Below, piece after piece: positions 60,261 through 64,000 of a stretch of DNA of 64,000 bases. The notes below the pieces were generated by a model, which saw only the letters and a program-made list of their open reading frames with translations, had not been told where the DNA came from and made no database searches. Both the position numbers and the translations under genes were made by a program. This DNA comes from an uncultured Planctomycetota bacterium (GTDB lineage: Bacteria; Planctomycetota; Planctomycetia; Isosphaerales; Isosphaeraceae). Each line of letters begins with the position of its first letter. Within the stretch, counting starts at the first letter, position 1. The stretch spans positions 192,001 to 256,000 of the forward strand of contig CAWJTV010000041.1 of NCBI GenBank assembly GCA_963845755.1, given 5' to 3'.

Positions 60261-61155
60261 ATGAGTATCTTTTCGAGATTCTTCGGCAAGAAAGAGGAAG
60301 GCGACCGCGAAACTCAGCTCGTCGCGAATCCCGAAATCGAGGATCCGTTAAGCCTGCAAGTACTCTTCGAGGACCGGTTCCGGTTCGAGCCCGGCGCCGT
60401 GGCAAAGGGGCTTCGCTCGTACCACCCGTCCATGGCGCGCGCCCGATGTGAGGTCGCCCCCGAGCTCAGCCAGAAGGGTACGGTCTTCGGGCTCGCAGGC
60501 TGGGGCAAGCACGTCATCCGGCTGGTGGGGTTCGACCTCCCGATGCCAGCCGAGGCTGTGGAAACCTGCGTGGCGCCGTCGCCCTACCCGCGGGAGTTGA
60601 AGGAACGCGCCCGCGCGCATGCGAGTCACCTGCTGCTGTACTACGCGGGATTCGAATCCGGGCCACTCGAGCAATACGTCGCCCTGGCCGCGGTCGCCGG
60701 GGTGCTCGCGCGGTCCGGCGCGATCGTGGTCCTCAACGGAGCGGCCCACACCTCCCTCCCCGCGGCCGCGCTCTCCGATCAGGATGTCGAGGGCGACATC
60801 CTGGACGTCCTCCGGACATTGCCGCTGCCGATCCTCTTCTGTGGGTTCGTGAAATACGACGTCGAGGGGGTCGATGGGGTCTGGATGCGGACGTATGGGG
60901 CCCACCTGTTCGGCCTGCCCGACTTCGCCGCTCATGCCGAAGGCCATCACGAAGGTCAAAAATATTTCGATGTGTTCTCGAACATCCTCACCTACCTTCG
61001 CGAGTCCGGCGCCTCGATCGAAGCGGGCCACACCTTGCAGATCGGCGAGGAGGAATTCCTCCGCTTCCGCGCCGACGGACGACGAACCGTTCCTCGACTC
61101 CCAGGGAGAACTCCTGGTCGCGGAACCGATCGGGCCGGATGAGATCAACCGGTAG
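60261..61155 (+). CDS. DUF4261-like protein (frameshift near 61070)
   Basis: MSIFSRFFG start; WMRTYG..LFGLPD, Y....G..IEAGHT motifs. Confidence 0.7.
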
Positions 61156-61255
61156 GCGACATACGGACCGAACAGTCGCCGGATGTTGGCCGGTGGACGA
61201 TGAAGGTGGCCGCCAGGACTCTTCCGGTACCTGGAGTTTCTGGTCTCGATCGCTC

Positions 61256-63202
61256 TCACTCCGCTTGCCGGATGGCTTCGATGGCCGCGAGGTTCTCGAT
61301 GGTGGAAAGGTCTCCGGGTTCCTGACCGGTCGCGACGCGCTGGATGACGCGGCGGAGGATCTTGCCGCTGCGGGTCTTCGGCAGGTCGGCGACGAATCGC
61401 ACGCCCTCGGGGAGGAACGACTTGCCGAGCGCCTCGGCGACGCGGGCGCATAGCTCGGCCCGGAGCGAGCCACCCGGCTCATGTCCGGGTCGGGTGACGA
61501 CGAAACAGAGGATGGCCTCGCCCTTGACGCTGTGGGGGATGCCGATCGCCGCCGACTCGGCCACGGCCTCGTGGCCCGCGAGGATCGACTCGACTTCGGC
61601 CGGACCCAGTCGCTTGCCCGCGACCTTGATCGTGTCGTCGCTACGGCCGTGGAGGAACCAATCGCCGTCCGCGTCGATCGAGGCCCAGTCGCCATGGACC
61701 CAGACGTCCGGCCATCGCGACCAGTACGTCGCCAGGTAGCGCTCGGGGTCGCCCCAGATGCCGCGCGTCATGGCCGGCCAGGGCTTGGTGCAGACCAGCT
61801 CGCCGACCCCTTGGCGCAAGGGCCGGCCCTCCGGGTCATAGACGTCCATGGCCATCCCCAGCGACGGGCCGACGAGCGAACACGGTTTCAGCGGCGTGAT
61901 CGGGAACGGCGAGAGCAGGCAGGCGCCGACCTCGGTCCCACCCGTGATGTTGATGATCGGCAGCCGCCCCTGGCCGACGGTCTCGAACAGCCAGCGCCAG
62001 GACTCGGGGTCCCAGGGCTCGCCCGTCGAGCCGAGGATCCGCAGCCGGCTCAGGTCGTGGGACCGGACCGGATCCCGGCCATGTTTGATCAGGGCGCGGA
62101 TCAACGTGGGCGAGACCCCCAGGATCGTCACCCCGTGCCGCGCGACCATCGACCAGAGCCGGTCGGGGGCCGGGTAATCGGGCACCCCCTCGGCGAGGAC
62201 CACGGCCCCTCCGGCGGCCAGGGCGCCGACGAGCTCCCAGGGTCCCATGATCCAGCCCAGGTCGGTGACCCAGTAGAGCACGTCGTCCTCGTGCATGTCG
62301 GCCTGGTGGGCCGCTTCCTGGGCGATCTTGACCAGGAACCCGCCGTGCACATGGACCGCCCCCTTGGGCCGGCCGGTGGTGCCCGACGTGTAGATGATCA
62401 TCAGGGGGCTCTCCGGATCGAGCAGCTCGCACGGAGACTCGGCCGGCTCGGTGGAAATGAGCTCGTCCCAATCAATGTGACGGGCGTCGGGCGCCGGGAG
62501 CTCATCGGCCGGCCCGCGCCGGGATCGGGCGACGATGATGTGGCGGACGCTCGGGCAGGTGTCGGCGGCCTCTCGCGCAACCGGCTCCAGGTGGATCGCC
62601 TTGCCGCGGCGATACGAGACGTCGGCCGTGATCAGGGCCACGGCCTGGCCGTCCTCGAGCCGGGCGGCGACCGCCTGGGCGCCGAACCCGGAGAAGATCG
62701 GGATACACACCGCGCCGATCCGGGCACACGCCAGGAACGCGACAACGGCCTCCGGTACCATCGGCAGGAACAGGCCGACCCGGTCGCCCAGGCCAATCCC
62801 CAGGCGGCGCATGGCGCCGGCCAGGCGACAGGTCTCGGCGTGGAGCTCGGCGTAGGTGAGCCGACGGACCGTCCCATCCTCGCCCTCCCAGATCACGGCC
62901 GTGACGTCGCGCCGCGACGATCGCGCATGGCGATCGAGGCATTGATGCGCCAGGTTGATCGAACCGCCCAGGAACCAACGACACCAGGGAATCCCCCGGC
63001 TCGCATCCAGGATCGTTACATACGGACGGAAGAATGTGATGTCCAGGTCTTCGACCACGGCGTGCCAGAACCATTCGATATCCGCCGTCGAGCGGTCGAT
63101 CAATTCCTGGTAATCGGCGATCTTGTGCCGCTTCATGAACCGGCTGACATTGGCACGTTCGACGACGTCCGGCGTCGGAGTCCAGAGGTAGTTTCCCGGC
63201 AT
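61256..63202 (-). CDS. Acetate/short-chain acyl-CoA ligase (AMP-forming)
   Basis: IIYTSGTTGRPKG, DLGWIMG, GSTGEP, GGTE, GRSDD.IKVAGKR, LPKTRSGKILRR. Confidence 0.93.
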   Translation of the reverse strand: MPGNYLWTPTPDVVERANVSRFMKRHKIADYQELIDRSTADIEWFWHAVVEDLDITFFRPYVTILDASRGIPWCRWFLGGSINLAHQCLDRHARSSRRDVTAVIWEGEDGTVRRLTYAELHAETCRLAGAMRRLGIGLGDRVGLFLPMVPEAVVAFLACARIGAVCIPIFSGFGAQAVAARLEDGQAVALITADVSYRRGKAIHLEPVAREAADTCPSVRHIIVARSRRGPADELPAPDARHIDWDELISTEPAESPCELLDPESPLMIIYTSGTTGRPKGAVHVHGGFLVKIAQEAAHQADMHEDDVLYWVTDLGWIMGPWELVGALAAGGAVVLAEGVPDYPAPDRLWSMVARHGVTILGVSPTLIRALIKHGRDPVRSHDLSRLRILGSTGEPWDPESWRWLFETVGQGRLPIINITGGTEVGACLLSPFPITPLKPCSLVGPSLGMAMDVYDPEGRPLRQGVGELVCTKPWPAMTRGIWGDPERYLATYWSRWPDVWVHGDWASIDADGDWFLHGRSDDTIKVAGKRLGPAEVESILAGHEAVAESAAIGIPHSVKGEAILCFVVTRPGHEPGGSLRAELCARVAEALGKSFLPEGVRFVADLPKTRSGKILRRVIQRVATGQEPGDLSTIENLAAIEAIRQAE

Positions 63203-63247
63203 GCTCTCCCCCGATCGTCTGGCGACTTCTCTCGTGCACGACGCCGG

Positions 63248-63276
63248 TTGACAGTCTAGCACCCGGGAAACATGAT
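63248..63276 (+). promoter_or_regulatory. Sigma70-type promoter
   Basis: TTGACA-N17-CATGAT upstream of a ggagg RBS. Confidence 0.55.
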
Positions 63277-63308
63277 GAGTATGGGACACACCTGCAAGGG
63301 AGGTCGAG

Positions 63309-63536
63309 ATGGACGAAGTCTTGACGATGGACGAGATCAAAGCTCGCTACGCGCCGGACTGGGTTTTGATCGCGGATCCGGAGACCGACGATATGCAGCG
63401 GGTCCTTCGGGGCAGAGTCGTCTGCCACGGCCCTGATGACGAAGAGCTTCTTCGCAAAGCCACAGAATTGAAGCTCGACCACATCGCTGTCCGCTTCCTC
63501 GGCGAATGGCCTGAGGACGTGGTGGTCGTGCTATGA
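63309..63536 (+). CDS. Small DUF5678-like protein
   Basis: EIKARY...WVLI......GRVVCHGPD.EEL; ggagg RBS. Confidence 0.7.
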   Translation: MDEVLTMDEIKARYAPDWVLIADPETDDMQRVLRGRVVCHGPDDEELLRKATELKLDHIAVRFLGEWPEDVVVVL

Positions 63537-63919
63537 ACACCTACCTATTCAACCCAAAGCACGGGTCGATCGTCGTTGAGGCGCAGGCCACCGGGCCAAC
63601 CCGCACTATCGACTTGAAACTCCTGTTGGACACCGCGGCGAGCATGAGTGTGATCAAACTCGGGTACTTGGCCTATCTCGGTTTTGATCCCGCCCAGCCG
63701 CTTCGACGAGTCCAGATGGCGACGGGGAGTTCCGTGGGTACCGCACCGGTCTTTGCCCTGACGCGGCTCAGTGCGCTCGGGCAACACCGATTCATCTTTC
63801 CAGTGATCGGTCACACGCCCCCGGCGCTCTCCGGCGCCGAGGGCTTGCTCGGCCTGGATTTCCTTCGAGACCAGGTCTTGAACATCGATTTTCGCCTGGG
63901 GCAGATCACCCTGGCATGA
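63533..63919 (+). CDS. Retropepsin-like (clan AA) aspartic protease
   Basis: LLLDTAAS catalytic-type motif and GLLGLDFL; ATGA overlap with the upstream gene. Confidence 0.8.
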   Translation: MNTYLFNPKHGSIVVEAQATGPTRTIDLKLLLDTAASMSVIKLGYLAYLGFDPAQPLRRVQMATGSSVGTAPVFALTRLSALGQHRFIFPVIGHTPPALSGAEGLLGLDFLRDQVLNIDFRLGQITLA

Positions 63920-64000
63920 TCGAGTCGCCTTGGCCCGCGCTCGGTCCATCGACCCGACCGGAAAGATTGCGCAACTTCCGCGGGACGATCCCCCATCAAA

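Overview
GC-rich bacterial chromosome segment, most likely from a Planctomycete of Isosphaeraceae type. This is an inference from LEPR-XLL-type N-termini, an ECF factor with a C-terminal extension, a PEP-CTERM protein and planctomycete-type hypothetical genes. Many genes, including housekeeping ones (putA, coaE, citrate synthase, rho), are split by single-base frameshifts. These most likely reflect uncorrected long-read indels, so the fragments are joined here. Two giant secreted proteins dominate the left 37 kb. The first (~3,500 aa, 5289-15826) is a solenoid/CARDB/RHS protein whose RHS cargo is an unusual tandem-peptide array (4x SYYGA[F/S]PG, ~7x GGLTPx). The second (~4,860 aa, 22168-36747) is an S53 protease/lectin/propeller/SdrD-B protein. 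Between them lie a REP-associated tyrosine transposase (RAYT) carrying a REP inside its own ORF, putA and a sugar-phosphate isomerase. The right part holds ribH-rho-coaE-polA, a triplicated membrane coiled-coil gene (one copy has a palindromic repeat inserted in frame), citrate synthase, tRNA-Asn, pheA, an acyl-CoA synthetase and a DUF5678-like/retropepsin pair. Several REP/MITE-like palindromic families occur across the window. No CRISPR array or rRNA was seen.
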